Shown piece after piece: positions 1 through 9,179 of a DNA stretch of 64,000 nucleotides. How positions within the stretch are numbered: the first letter of the stretch is position 1; each line of letters begins with the position of its first letter. Location of the stretch: contig CAVPSJ010000015.1 of NCBI GenBank assembly GCA_963708295.1, forward strand, positions 128,001 through 192,000. Direction: 5' to 3'. Below the pieces are notes generated by a model. That model saw only the letters and a list, made by a program, of their open reading frames with translations, did no database searches and was not told the DNA's origin. This stretch comes from an uncultured delta proteobacterium (GTDB lineage: Bacteria > Desulfobacterota > BSN033 > UBA1163). The position numbers and the translations under genes were made by a program.

Positions 1-1016
1 ATCAACGGGGCGAGGCTCCCGGGTTCGTAGCTGTAGGTCATCATCCCCGCTTCCATTTTGGATAGATCTAACAACGAGTTGACCAGGTCGATCAAACGTT
101 TGCTTTCCTCGGAGAGAATGGCTAAAAGCCGCTTTTGCTTTTCCGGGACGGCTCCCCCGGCCCCTTCCCGTAAGAGGTTTATTCCTTCCTTGATGGAAGT
201 GAGCGGCGTGCGCAATTCGTGGGACATCGAGGAGTAGAAGTCGGACTTCATTTTATCCACCATCTTCAGCTTACCGCACATCGAATTGAAAGCCGCCGTC
301 AACTCCGATATCTCCGGAGGAGAGGGGATATCCAAGTTATCGATGAAGACACCTTTGGAAATCTCTTTCGTTTTGTCCATGAGAATGGTCAGGGGTCTGG
401 AGATGCTTCGCGTGATCCAAAAGGAAGTGGCCATGACTAAGAGAATGGCAATGGCCGACATGACGATCCCCAGGATCCGGGCAGAGGCCGCCGATTCCCC
501 CAGCATTTTCATTCTTTTTTGAATGTCATGCCGGGAATAGACCTCGAGTTTTTTCAGCGCTTCCAAGATTTCATCCGAGGTCTTTTCCATCTCCCGTTTA
601 AGCCCTTCTTTGGGGTTTTGATTTCCCCGGACGTATTCAATCTCTTTGTCAATCAAAGACTGTAAGTGCTGATGGTGGGCCTTTACGTTGTTCAGCGAAT
701 CCTTTTTCTCGGGGGTATCCGCAAGGGTGAGGGCTTCGGAAAGAAGCTGGGCAAATCCCTTTTTCGCCGATACATACTGGTTGTAAAGGACGATATCTTT
801 TGTGATGGTATATTTCTTTTCGTATCGCAGTTGCGAGAGGTAGGAGTCGGTCAGTTTTTCCTTATAATCGAGAACGGCGTAGTCGACATTAAGCACGTGA
901 CGAGCCCCGCTGTTTAGCTGATGTAGCCTAAAGATAGCATAGACGCTCACCAAAATGACGAGAGAGAGTACGACAAAGTAACCAATCATCAATCTGGCAA
1001 GTATGGTTAATCTCAT
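1..1016 (-). CDS. HAMP-domain sensor histidine kinase (partial, runs off the left edge)
   Basis: Manual translation from ATG at 1016: N-terminal TM (MRLTILARLMIGYFVVLSLVILVSVYAIF), second TM, HAMP (ITRSISRPLTILMDKTKEIS), H-box SMSHELRTPLTSIKEG. Absent from the ORF track, presumably because no stop lies inside the window. Confidence 0.9.
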   Translation of the reverse strand, partial: MRLTILARLMIGYFVVLSLVILVSVYAIFRLHQLNSGARHVLNVDYAVLDYKEKLTDSYLSQLRYEKKYTITKDIVLYNQYVSAKKGFAQLLSEALTLADTPEKKDSLNNVKAHHQHLQSLIDKEIEYVRGNQNPKEGLKREMEKTSDEILEALKKLEVYSRHDIQKRMKMLGESAASARILGIVMSAIAILLVMATSFWITRSISRPLTILMDKTKEISKGVFIDNLDIPSPPEISELTAAFNSMCGKLKMVDKMKSDFYSSMSHELRTPLTSIKEGINLLREGAGGAVPEKQKRLLAILSEESKRLIDLVNSLLDLSKMEAGMMTYSYEPGSLAPL

Positions 1017-1240
1017 GTGCCACCTGACTCCATTCGGCGCGATGCAGAACCGCTGAGGAGCTAAAACACTTCGATGATGATCAATAAAGGACGGACAGAA
1101 CCGCTGGTGAAAAAATTTATCTCCCGCCTCGGGAAAGGGTAAGCCACAAAAAATTTAACACATCTTTCCAAATCAGGCAATTTTGATTGGTTTTTTGACC
1201 CTTCAGGCGCAACACTCCACCCTCCGGCTTCTTGCGGGGC

Positions 1241-1294
1241 CAATCTCTCCATGGGCTTGCAGCCCGGTAGCGGACCTTAAAAGGTTTCGGCCCT
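1241..1294. repeat. Degenerate GTAG-REP-like repeat, copy 1
   Basis: About 43/55 nt identical to 12707-12761 by manual alignment; contains GTAGCGGACCTTAAAAGGTTTCG. Confidence 0.55.
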
Positions 1295-1577
1295 AGGCCT
1301 TCGTCGCTGAGCGCCTGCCCCCGCTGTATCTTCCGTTCATGACGATTGCCTGAGGGAGAGGAAAAGACGCTGCTATCCGCAACCGAGGCAGGGAAAAAGG
1401 GGTGCTTATTGACCTGAAAGGGGGGAGTTTGATATTTCAACGTTAACGTGCTAAGTTTGAATTTATCCTCCCGAGGATAGACGGGGAAACAGAATCCGGA
1501 GGGAGCGTAGAGTTGCTTCCGTCGTGTTCTCGGGAAAACGATGATTGAAGCAACGGCGAGACGTGACGGAGTGACCC

Positions 1578-2042
1578 ATGGGAAAGAAAGAGGACGCGGA
1601 ACGGATATCGGAGAAAGCAAAGGGCTATTTCAACCATGGTTTTAACTGAGCGGAATCCATCTCCTTGAGTTTCAAGGACTATTTTGGGATAAAAGATTCC
1701 CTCATTCCGCGATTGGCCACAGGATTTGGCGGAGGGATCGGCCGAAAAGGCTCGCTTTGCGGAGCCTTCACGGGTTCGATCATGATGATTGGGATGAAAA
1801 CGGGAAGAACCGATCCCAAAGATAAGGAGGCCGTGGTTAAGGTCTACGAAAAGTGTCGGGAATACTGGGACCGATTTGAGAAAGAATTTGGAAGCAATGT
1901 CTGTTACAACATCATCGGGATTCATTTGGACAATGAGGAAGAGCGGCAGAAATGGCTGACTTCAGGCGGCGTGAAGAAGTGCGAGCGTGTCGTTGAGAAA
2001 ACGGCAGGGATGCTCTGCGATTTCCTCGACGAAATCAAGTGA
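1578..2042 (+). CDS. C-GCAxxG-C-C family redox (seleno)protein, predicted Sec at codon 24
   Basis: ATG 1578 is in frame with track ORF 1665-2042. Reads YFNHGFN-TGA(1647-1649)-AESIS at the family's N-C-AES Cys; retains GFGGGIG, SLCGAFTG and later Cys residues. Confidence 0.88.
1662..1678 (+). promoter_or_regulatory. Putative bacterial SECIS hairpin
   Basis: TCCTTGA-GTT-TCAAGGA perfect 7-bp stem; loop G/U at +20/+21 after the TGA, the same offset as the loop GU of the E. coli fdhF SECIS. Confidence 0.7.
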
Positions 2043-2095
2043 ACATGTTGATTTTTTAGTGAAATTGGGATAAGTTGCTGTTTCATGATTCAGGC

Positions 2096-2173
2096 ATGAA
2101 GGGAATGAAATCCGTCTGGAGATGGCGCGAAAGCACGAGAAGGGGATATTGCTCGGGACCTCGGTGTTTATGA
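2096..2173 (+). CDS. Putative Trp attenuator leader peptide (MKGMKSVWRWRESTRRGYCSGPRCL)
   Basis: 25-codon ORF with W-R-W, followed by an intrinsic terminator, upstream of trpS. Confidence 0.65.
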   Translation: MKGMKSVWRWRESTRRGYCSGPRCL

Positions 2174-2196
2174 TTCAACAAGGTTAAACGGACGAG

Positions 2197-2224
2197 AGGC
2201 CATGGGTAATACCATGGCTTTTTT
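2197..2224 (+). terminator. Intrinsic terminator of the putative trpS attenuator
   Basis: AGGCCATGG-GTAATA-CCATGGCTT followed by a T run. Confidence 0.75.
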
Positions 2225-2226
2225 AT

Positions 2227-2468
2227 TAAGATCGCACCTGAAAACCCCGTCCTGTGGACGGGGATGAAAGGTGCGTCTGCTGAAAGCAGAAAAAATAAAT
2301 CAGATGCTGAAACAAGTTCAGCATGACAGGACGGTTCGGTTCTGATCTTTTTGTCATCCCGAACCAGGTCCTGAACTTGATTCAGGATCTATCGATTTCT
2401 CGATCTCGGTTTTTGGCTTTAGAATTTGGGTTTTAAAAGCCCGCCCTGTGAGCGGGGTTCTTTACTTA
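2227..2468 (+). mobile_element. Non-autonomous element family B (subterminal hairpins, nested GTCATGCTGAAC-type palindromes), copy 1
   Basis: Closely similar inverted copies at 24388-24561 and 60425-60589; end hairpins CCCCGTCCTGTGGACGGGG and CCCGCCCTGTGAGCGGG; TTTAT precedes both visible left ends. Confidence 0.75.
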
Positions 2469-2527
2469 AAATTCTCATTCGGATTTGTTTCGAGTTTAGG
2501 ATTTTGGATTTCGATATTGTCACCTCG

Positions 2528-2572
2528 TTGACCGGAACGTGCCCCGTCCCGCCTTGTGGGCAGGGAGCTTCA
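2528..2572 (+). mobile_element. TTGAC...GCTTCA mini-element (IS200/IS605-like), minimal copy
   Basis: Shares TTGACCGGAACGTGCCCCG start and hairpin-GAGCTTCA end with copies at 13805, 20795 and 22243. Confidence 0.7.
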
Positions 2573-2607
2573 TAAAGGAACCTAGCGAAATTGGAGGCGA
2601 TGACAAG

Positions 2608-3603
2608 ATGGACCGAATTTTTAGCGGGATTCAGCCGTCGGGTGAAATTCATATCGGCAACTACGTAGGGGCTATTCGCAATTGGGTCCAACTCGTCAAT
2701 CGTTATGACTGTATCTACTCTGTGGTGGACTATCATGCCATCACGATCGAATACGATGTGGCTTCGATGCCACAGAGGATTTTAGAAACGGCGACCGTCC
2801 TTGTGGCTTGCGGTTTAACTCCCGACCGGTGTAAGGTTTTTGTCCAATCCCACGTGCCGGAGCATACGGAACTGGCGTGGATCTTCAACTGTGTGACCCC
2901 TGTGGGCGAATTGGAAAGGATGACTCAGTTCAAGGAGAAGGGAAAGCAGCACCGGCACAACGTCAACGTGGGGCTCCTGGATTATCCGGTGCTCCAGGCT
3001 GCGGATATCTTGATCTATAAGGCCGGGTATGTGCCGGTGGGAGAAGATCAAATACAGCATGTGGAATTTTCAAGAGAGATTGGCCGAAAGTTCAACGCTC
3101 GATTCGGAGACACCTTCCCGGAGCCCAAAGTGATCCTTTCCAGTGCGCCGAGAATTCTGGGCACAGACGGAAACGCAAAGATGTCCAAATCGTTGAACAA
3201 TGCCATTGGTCTACTGGATTCTCCCGAGGTCATCTGGGAGAAATTGAGAACCGCAGCAACGTGTGAGCACAGACAGCGGCGAAGCGATCCGGGACATCCG
3301 GAGCATTGCAATATTTTTACCATGCACCAGGCCTTTTCAAAACCGGACCAGATTGCTTTTGTGGATCATCAATGTCGGACGGCGGGGTTTGGATGCATCG
3401 ATTGCAAAAAGATCCTTTTTGAGAACATGGCGGAGGAGATCGTCCCGATCCAGACCCGTGTCAAAGAGATCAATCAAAATCCCCAATATATGGCCGACGT
3501 ATTAAGATCGGGCGCCACTCGATGTAAAGCCATCGCGGAAGAGGTGATGGATGAGGTGAGGGCGAAAATCGGCGTAAAGTCAGAGTGGATGGGTCGAGGA
3601 TAA
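2608..3603 (+). CDS. trpS: Tryptophan--tRNA ligase
   Basis: RIFSGIQPSGEIHIGNY (HIGH-type motif), YPVLQAADIL, VPVGEDQ, KMSKS; start placed at MDRIF after GGAGG. Confidence 0.97.
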   Translation: MDRIFSGIQPSGEIHIGNYVGAIRNWVQLVNRYDCIYSVVDYHAITIEYDVASMPQRILETATVLVACGLTPDRCKVFVQSHVPEHTELAWIFNCVTPVGELERMTQFKEKGKQHRHNVNVGLLDYPVLQAADILIYKAGYVPVGEDQIQHVEFSREIGRKFNARFGDTFPEPKVILSSAPRILGTDGNAKMSKSLNNAIGLLDSPEVIWEKLRTAATCEHRQRRSDPGHPEHCNIFTMHQAFSKPDQIAFVDHQCRTAGFGCIDCKKILFENMAEEIVPIQTRVKEINQNPQYMADVLRSGATRCKAIAEEVMDEVRAKIGVKSEWMGRG

Positions 3604-3607
3604 TATT

Positions 3608-3845
3608 CAGGCTGCTGAAAAACGCCCATCCGTCCCGCACTTGGCGGGATTTCCCTCATCCTTCCCTGAGTCAAAGCACAGGGCAGGCTGATTGCGGCGT
3701 ACCCCGAGGTACGCCTCCGGCCGGCTCACCCACTCGTCGGCGTGCCTGCACGCCGTAGTCTCCGTCTCCATCTGCATGTGGGTCAATGTTTTGCGTGGAG
3801 AGCTTGGCTCCGTCATAGACAGGGATGTTTCGGCACGCAGGCGTG
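3608..3845. repeat. Degenerate MITE/REP mosaic
   Basis: Starts with the IS-end-like CAGGCTGCTGAAAAA; inverted pair GCCTGCACGCCG...CGGCACGCAGGC, with a related pair near 26493-26562. Confidence 0.45.
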
Positions 3846-3909
3846 GCAAGAAGTCACTCCTTATCCGTCGTGACGCCACTTTCAGGATTGCCTGCGTGAT
3901 CGGCAGGTG

Positions 3910-4110
3910 AGCGGGTGACGGTAAAGGTGATGTTATTCCCCCAGCCCTTTTGTTCGAGGGCATGATGCATGTCTCTTCCCTTTGACACTTCTTTCCCTCC
4001 GATTGCAACGAACGGATCGTCCGGAAAGCGGCCCGCCTTTTCAGGAGGGCTTTCCGGAAGCACCTTTGCGATCGCGGGCAAACGTTGATCCATGAGAAGC
4101 CCGCTTGCAT
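3910..4110 (-). pseudogene. Decayed PDZ-domain fragment
   Basis: IAKVLPESPPEKAGRFPDDPFVAIGGKEV...ITFTVTR resembles the PDZ V.P.SPA.KAGL..GD.I motif; no convincing start or other domains. Confidence 0.5.
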
Positions 4111-4167
4111 CTGGAGGGAAGATTATGGTAATGAACATAGGAGAAATCGCCTTTTTAGGGGAGAGGA

Positions 4168-5259
4168 ATGAAAACGGCAAATATCATCGTTTCCATTTTG
4201 TGGGCTGGCTTTTTTCTCAGCTGCGCCCCGGGTCAATCCGTACAAAAGGAACCCGAGAAGATCACGGCCCCGAGTAAATCCTCGGAGAAAGATGATGCGA
4301 AAGATGAGGCCAGATTGAATGCCCTCCTGGAGAGAGTGAAGACGTTGGAGGAATCTGTTTCCGTCCTGCGCTCAGAGATGGCGGGCATGGGAAACCAACT
4401 CGGCAGCAATCAAAGCCGTCGTTCTCTTGCCAGCTTTAAACTTCCTAAGGAGGTCTCTCTCTGCGAAGAGCGCTTTCCGTCAGAAGACAGAAATGTCTGG
4501 GAGAATCTGGATCGGGAATTTCTCGTGGCTTTATCCAACGAAGTCCAGGTCCTTTTATGGATGAAGCGAGCAAGACGATATTTCCCTTTTATTGAGAAAA
4601 GGTTGAAAGAGATGGGATTGCCCGACGATTTGAAGTATGTGACCATTACGGAAAGCAGTCTTCGACCCGAGGCCGTCTCCTCCTCCGGTGCGGCCGGGAT
4701 CTGGCAGTTCATTCCCTCCACCGGCGAGAGATACGGGATGAGAAAGAATCGAAGCGTTGATGAACGGTTTGATTTTTTCAAGGCGACGGAAGGGGCCCTC
4801 TCGTATCTGAGAAGCCTCTACGAAGAATTCAGGAGTTGGCCACTTTCAATGGCCGCCTATAACGCCGGGGAGAACAAGGTTCGAAAAGAGATCGATCTCC
4901 AAAAGACGAGGAATTACTTCTATCTTGATCTTCCCTTGGAGACGGAACGGTATGTGTATAAGATCGCTGTGGCTAAAATCATTCTTTCCAACCCCGAGAA
5001 ATATGGATACGCCCTCGGGGAAAAGGATTTTTATCATCCTCTTCAGATGGAGAGAATCCAAATCGAATTAACCCAGCCTCTCCCCGTGATGGAGGTCGCC
5101 AGGGCCACAGGTCTTTTTTACAAAGAGATTAAAGAGATGAACCCGCACCTCTTTGAGGACACGATTCCCCCTGGAATTCATTTTCTGAATCTTCCCCCGG
5201 GAACCTCGGAGAGGTTTTTGCTCTTCTTCTCTGCGTGGAAAAAGGAGACGGGGAGGTGA
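4168..5259 (+). CDS. Lytic transglycosylase lipoprotein (SLT domain, MltD-like)
   Basis: Lipobox FFLSC; ITESSL (catalytic Glu), GAAGIWQF, DERFD, AAYNAGE, PLETERYV. Confidence 0.92.
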   Translation: MKTANIIVSILWAGFFLSCAPGQSVQKEPEKITAPSKSSEKDDAKDEARLNALLERVKTLEESVSVLRSEMAGMGNQLGSNQSRRSLASFKLPKEVSLCEERFPSEDRNVWENLDREFLVALSNEVQVLLWMKRARRYFPFIEKRLKEMGLPDDLKYVTITESSLRPEAVSSSGAAGIWQFIPSTGERYGMRKNRSVDERFDFFKATEGALSYLRSLYEEFRSWPLSMAAYNAGENKVRKEIDLQKTRNYFYLDLPLETERYVYKIAVAKIILSNPEKYGYALGEKDFYHPLQMERIQIELTQPLPVMEVARATGLFYKEIKEMNPHLFEDTIPPGIHFLNLPPGTSERFLLFFSAWKKETGR

Positions 5260-5475
5260 TCGTTGTAAAACGCCCGAGCTTCCGTCCTGGCGCAAACGGG
5301 GAGGGCGCTTGGGAGCTTTTCTTAAGAGCCACAGGCCTTGCCCGCGGTGCCCTACAATGCCCTTGAAATTGTGAGGGAAAAAGAATATTCTTTTTCTCAA
5401 TGTCTCTCCGGTCCAAACCGCAGGCAGGAGCTCAGGGAGAACAGGGGGCCGTCTAGCCCCGGAAGGGTCATTCTT

Positions 5476-7011
5476 GTGAGTCAGGAAACAATCTTGGTCG
5501 TGGATGATGAGGCGGACGTGGGAGAGATGGTCTCCAAGATCATCAATCTGATGGGCCACGAGGCGGCCACCGCTCTCAATGGGAAAGAAGCCCTACAGAT
5601 TCTAAGGAATAGGCCTTTCAGCATCATGATTACGGATGTCAAGATGCCGGAGATGGATGGGTTCGAACTGATGAAGGCGGTGCGGGACCAGTTTCCAGGG
5701 ACCTATATCATCTGTATGACCGCCCATGGCGCCTCCTATTCTTACACGGATGTGGTCGGCATGGGGGGGACAGACTACATTACCAAGCCCTTCACCATCG
5801 ACGAGATGATGGCAAAATTGAATCGGGTGATTCGCGAGAAGGATCTCATCACCGACCTGACTCAGAAATCGACGGAGCTGGAGAAGGCCAATCAAGAATT
5901 GAAGCGGCTCGACCAGATGAAGTCCACCTTCATTTCCAGCGTCTCCCATGAACTTCGAACCCCTCTGACAGTCATTAAGGAGTTCATCTCCCTGATGCTG
6001 GAGGGACATGTGGGAGCGCTGACCGAAGATCAGCAAGAATACCTGGGTATTGCCAAGAGGAATATTATACGCTTGACGAACCTGATCGAGACCCTCCTTG
6101 ATTTCTCCAGAATCGAATCCGGGAAGGGTTTGAAACTGAGGTTTGAGCCGGTTCGTCTGATGGAGGTCGTGGAAGATGCGGCGATGACTTTTTCCCAACA
6201 GTTGGAGGAAAAGAGAATTACCTTTGAAAATCGGCTCGATCCAGATATCCCCACCGTTTTGGTCGATCGTAATCGATGGGTGGAGGTCTTCATCAATCTC
6301 ATCGGCAACGGAATTAAGTTCACCCCTCCGGGGGGAAAGATTACGATCGATTCGAAGGGGCTGACCGAAAAGAGGGATTATCTCAAGGTTGTGGTGGCGG
6401 ATACCGGGGTGGGTATCTCCCCGGAGGATTTGCCCAAAATATTCGACCGTTTTTATCAAGGGGGGAGAACCCAGACAGGACTCATCATGGGGACGGGACT
6501 GGGGCTCGCCATTGTTAAAGAGATCATCGAAGCGCATCAGGGTTCGATTCACGCGGAGGACAGGTCCGAAAGCGGCGCCTCCTTTGTCTTGACCCTTCCC
6601 CTTTTTAGGATCGAGACCATTTACACGCTCCTCCTCAATCCCATGCTCGAAGAAGCGGAAAGAGATAAGGTCCCTTTTTCCATGATTCGACTGGACTTCT
6701 GGGAGCAAAGGACCAAACGGGAATCTGTCCTCAGCCAGGAGTCCTGGGAAGGGGTGATGTACGCCCTTCAGAAGATGGTTCGTACGGTTGACACGGTCAT
6801 CCCTTTCCAAAACAGCGCGGTTTACATTCTTTCTTTTAACGACAAGAAGCTGGCCAAGGAGATTGGAGAGAGGATTCAAGTGAAATTGACCCAGGGAAAC
6901 TATACTCCCAAAGGGATAAACGTTCAGTTCAAAACTTACTCTTACCCCAAAGAGGCCCGTTCCAAGGAAGAATTTCTGAAAGGATGCCGGCTGTTCCTAA
7001 AAGAGGATTGA
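5476..7011 (+). CDS. Hybrid response regulator / histidine kinase with degenerate GGDEF-like tail
   Basis: REC (ILVVDDE, ITDVKMP, KPF), HisKA SHELRTPL, N box NLIGNGIKF, DTGVG, GTGLGL. Confidence 0.93.
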   Translation: MSQETILVVDDEADVGEMVSKIINLMGHEAATALNGKEALQILRNRPFSIMITDVKMPEMDGFELMKAVRDQFPGTYIICMTAHGASYSYTDVVGMGGTDYITKPFTIDEMMAKLNRVIREKDLITDLTQKSTELEKANQELKRLDQMKSTFISSVSHELRTPLTVIKEFISLMLEGHVGALTEDQQEYLGIAKRNIIRLTNLIETLLDFSRIESGKGLKLRFEPVRLMEVVEDAAMTFSQQLEEKRITFENRLDPDIPTVLVDRNRWVEVFINLIGNGIKFTPPGGKITIDSKGLTEKRDYLKVVVADTGVGISPEDLPKIFDRFYQGGRTQTGLIMGTGLGLAIVKEIIEAHQGSIHAEDRSESGASFVLTLPLFRIETIYTLLLNPMLEEAERDKVPFSMIRLDFWEQRTKRESVLSQESWEGVMYALQKMVRTVDTVIPFQNSAVYILSFNDKKLAKEIGERIQVKLTQGNYTPKGINVQFKTYSYPKEARSKEEFLKGCRLFLKED

Positions 7012-7038
7012 TCCCTTCGAGGAAGAGACCTAAAAAGT

Positions 7039-7326
7039 ATGAAGAAAATATTCGTCATCTTGATGGCGTGGATATTTGTCCTCATTGCTTGCGGTAAGGA
7101 ATCCCTCCCTCCACAAGGCAAATCAGAAAATGTGCCGGTTCCGAAGGTCACTGTGGAAAAAGAAAAGACGGGAAAGGAACCACCGCTGCCACCGGAGGTA
7201 AAGATCAAGCTGAAAAAAGACGGCAAGGATGGGTATTCCTGGGAGCTCACCGGCTCCGATGTGGACCAGGTCTTAAAGGTGAATGAAAGACTGAAGAAGC
7301 AATTGGGGGGAGGGCAACCCCGGTGA
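7039..7326 (+). CDS. Small hypothetical lipoprotein
   Basis: Signal peptide ending LIAC; co-oriented directly after the kinase. Confidence 0.75.
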   Translation: MKKIFVILMAWIFVLIACGKESLPPQGKSENVPVPKVTVEKEKTGKEPPLPPEVKIKLKKDGKDGYSWELTGSDVDQVLKVNERLKKQLGGGQPR

Positions 7327-7336
7327 TTCCCGGGTA

Positions 7337-7475
7337 AGCATCAAATTCCAAATGTCAAATACCAAATAAATCCCGATGGCCGAAATCCAAAATTCCAAAC
7401 AGAAACCTTTTGGTCATTTGTCATTGGGGATTTTGAGCTTGTTTGGAATTTGTAATTTGAAAATTGGGATTTGAA
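7337..7475. repeat. Inverted array of imperfect heptamers (AAATTCC/AAATGTC ... GGAATTT/GGGATTT)
   Basis: A-rich tandem units followed by their reverse complements. Confidence 0.65.
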
Positions 7476-7545
7476 ATCCGAGTCGTTCGACCAGGAATAA
7501 AACCTTCACGGTTTTGGGATTAATGGGAGGGAGGTGCGGACAGGA

Positions 7546-7773
7546 ATGGAAGGGTACATCCAGCAGATCTTTCAAGAGCTTCCTTTTGGGATTGCCGTTG
7601 CAATCGTAGTCTTTTTTGGCATCCTCTTGATTCTTTGGCTTCTTCTTCCCCTCTGGGTTTTATTTATTCAGTGGAACACAGCAAAGATCAAGGATGAACT
7701 TCGGAACCTCATCGAACTTGAAAAAGGGGATTGGGATGAAAAAAGGGAAGAGACGGCTGAGCCGAAAGATTGA
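7546..7773 (+). CDS. Small hypothetical membrane protein
   Basis: Long hydrophobic segment; GGAGG upstream. Confidence 0.65.
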   Translation: MEGYIQQIFQELPFGIAVAIVVFFGILLILWLLLPLWVLFIQWNTAKIKDELRNLIELEKGDWDEKREETAEPKD

Positions 7774-8185
7774 AGGGGCCTTTTTCATCCTGTTTTTGCT
7801 TTGGATCCCCATCGCGCAATCCCAGAGTCTCCTGAGAATCCCTCTTTATATTCATGAAAAAGAAATCCGGGTGGAGGTCGCCAGGACTCCAGAAGAGCGG
7901 AGCCATGGGTTGATGGGCAGAAAACATTTAGGGAAAGACGAGGGGATGCTTTTTATCTTTGAAACAGAGGACACCCACGGGTTTTGGATGAAAGATACCC
8001 TCCTCCCTCTGAGTATTGCCTTCATCGGCAAGGATGGCCGAATTGTTTGGATGACCGATATGAAACCCTTGACCTTGGATTCCCACGATCCTCCCCGACC
8101 CATCCTTTATGCTCTGGAAATGAACAAAGGCTGGTTTTCTTCTCACGGGGTGAAAGTGGGGGATGAGGTGCGATTCTCGAAATAG
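7736..8185 (+). CDS. DUF192 family protein
   Basis: VEVARTPEERSHGLMGR, GMLFIF, FWMKDTLLPLSIAFI, ALEMNKG. Confidence 0.92.
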   Translation: MKKGKRRLSRKIEGAFFILFLLWIPIAQSQSLLRIPLYIHEKEIRVEVARTPEERSHGLMGRKHLGKDEGMLFIFETEDTHGFWMKDTLLPLSIAFIGKDGRIVWMTDMKPLTLDSHDPPRPILYALEMNKGWFSSHGVKVGDEVRFSK

Positions 8186-8229
8186 GTCTGAGGTTAAGCC
8201 TTGAATTCAGAGTCCATTGCGCTCAAAGT

Positions 8230-8604
8230 TCAAAGCTCAGGGCTCAATGGTTCCCCGAAGGTTTCCCCCTCCTTGAGAAGCTCTGAACCCAATTCATTCA
8301 CGTTCTCTATCAACCCTGCGACAACAATAGCGAAATTTCCGAACTTGGTTCCGATCAATAGAGGTTGAGGATCCCGATCGCTGATGGCCCCAATGCCCAG
8401 CGGACCTTTCATCTCTTTATATTCGCCAAAAAACTTCGATTTGAATTGGGATTTGCTGATATCATGAATGGAACGGTGCAATTGCTTTCCGAAGACCGCC
8501 ATGCCGCCGTATTCCGTCCCCATGTGGGAATGATAATCGGTGCCGTAGAGCAGGTCGTCCGCACAATTTGTTTTACTCGACACAATCCCGAAAATTCCGC
8601 TCAT
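8230..8604 (-). pseudogene. Truncated amidophosphoribosyltransferase-like gene (N-terminal 124 aa only)
   Basis: MSGIFG...LYGTDYHSHMGTEYGGMAV...RSIHDIS..QFKSKF matches the PurF-like subtype lacking Cys1; no PRTase domain follows. Confidence 0.75.
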
Positions 8605-8732
8605 AGAACCTCCCTTTTCCTATCGGCGTTTTATCCACAGCCAGGAAGTGAATCTGCGTCCGCTTTTTTGTCTGAAATTCTCAGACGGGATGACGTCTCA
8701 AGAAATTCGAGGCCGTGGCATAAAAGACCGGT

Positions 8733-9179
8733 CTAGTCAGGTTGGCAGGCCGCAGGAGTCCATTGGATGATCAGGGCATCTTCGTTCCCATAATAGTTCG
8801 GAACCGTACCGATCGTTTGGAATCCCATCTTAGAATAAAAGGCGTGAGCTCCTCGATTGCTTCGTCTCACCTCTGCCCACACTTTTTTGGGGGGGCAAGC
8901 CTTCATCGCCCTCTGAAGGAGTTCCCTCCCGATGCCGTTCCTGCGGTATGGAGGCCGGACAGCGATGGAGAGGATATGCCCGTCCTGAGTGAACACGATA
9001 TATCCTAAAATCTTCTCTCCCGTCTGTCCATGGCTTGTGCCGACATAAACCAAAAATGTCTCCGGGTAGAGGCTGTGAAGGTTGAGGAGGGTTGCCCCAT
9101 CATAGGGCGATTTGGGAAAAGAATGGTTTTCAATTTGAAGAATGAATTCCAAATCGGCGAGGGAGAACGGGCGGATCAT
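8733..9179 (-). CDS. rimI: RimI-like GNAT N-acetyltransferase
   Basis: HILSIAV.P.YRRNGIG, EVRRSN..A..FY, PNYYGNEDAL. Confidence 0.85.
   Translation of the reverse strand: MIRPFSLADLEFILQIENHSFPKSPYDGATLLNLHSLYPETFLVYVGTSHGQTGEKILGYIVFTQDGHILSIAVRPPYRRNGIGRELLQRAMKACPPKKVWAEVRRSNRGAHAFYSKMGFQTIGTVPNYYGNEDALIIQWTPAACQPD

Noticed and set aside
5602-6879. Long antisense ORFs (also 45371-46579, 36691-37611, 34820-35590)
   Set aside because: They shadow well-supported genes on the other strand and show no motifs.
8230-8232. TGA ending the PurF-like fragment as Sec
   Set aside because: Not a Cys position; read-through meets TAA within about 12 codons with no PurF similarity.
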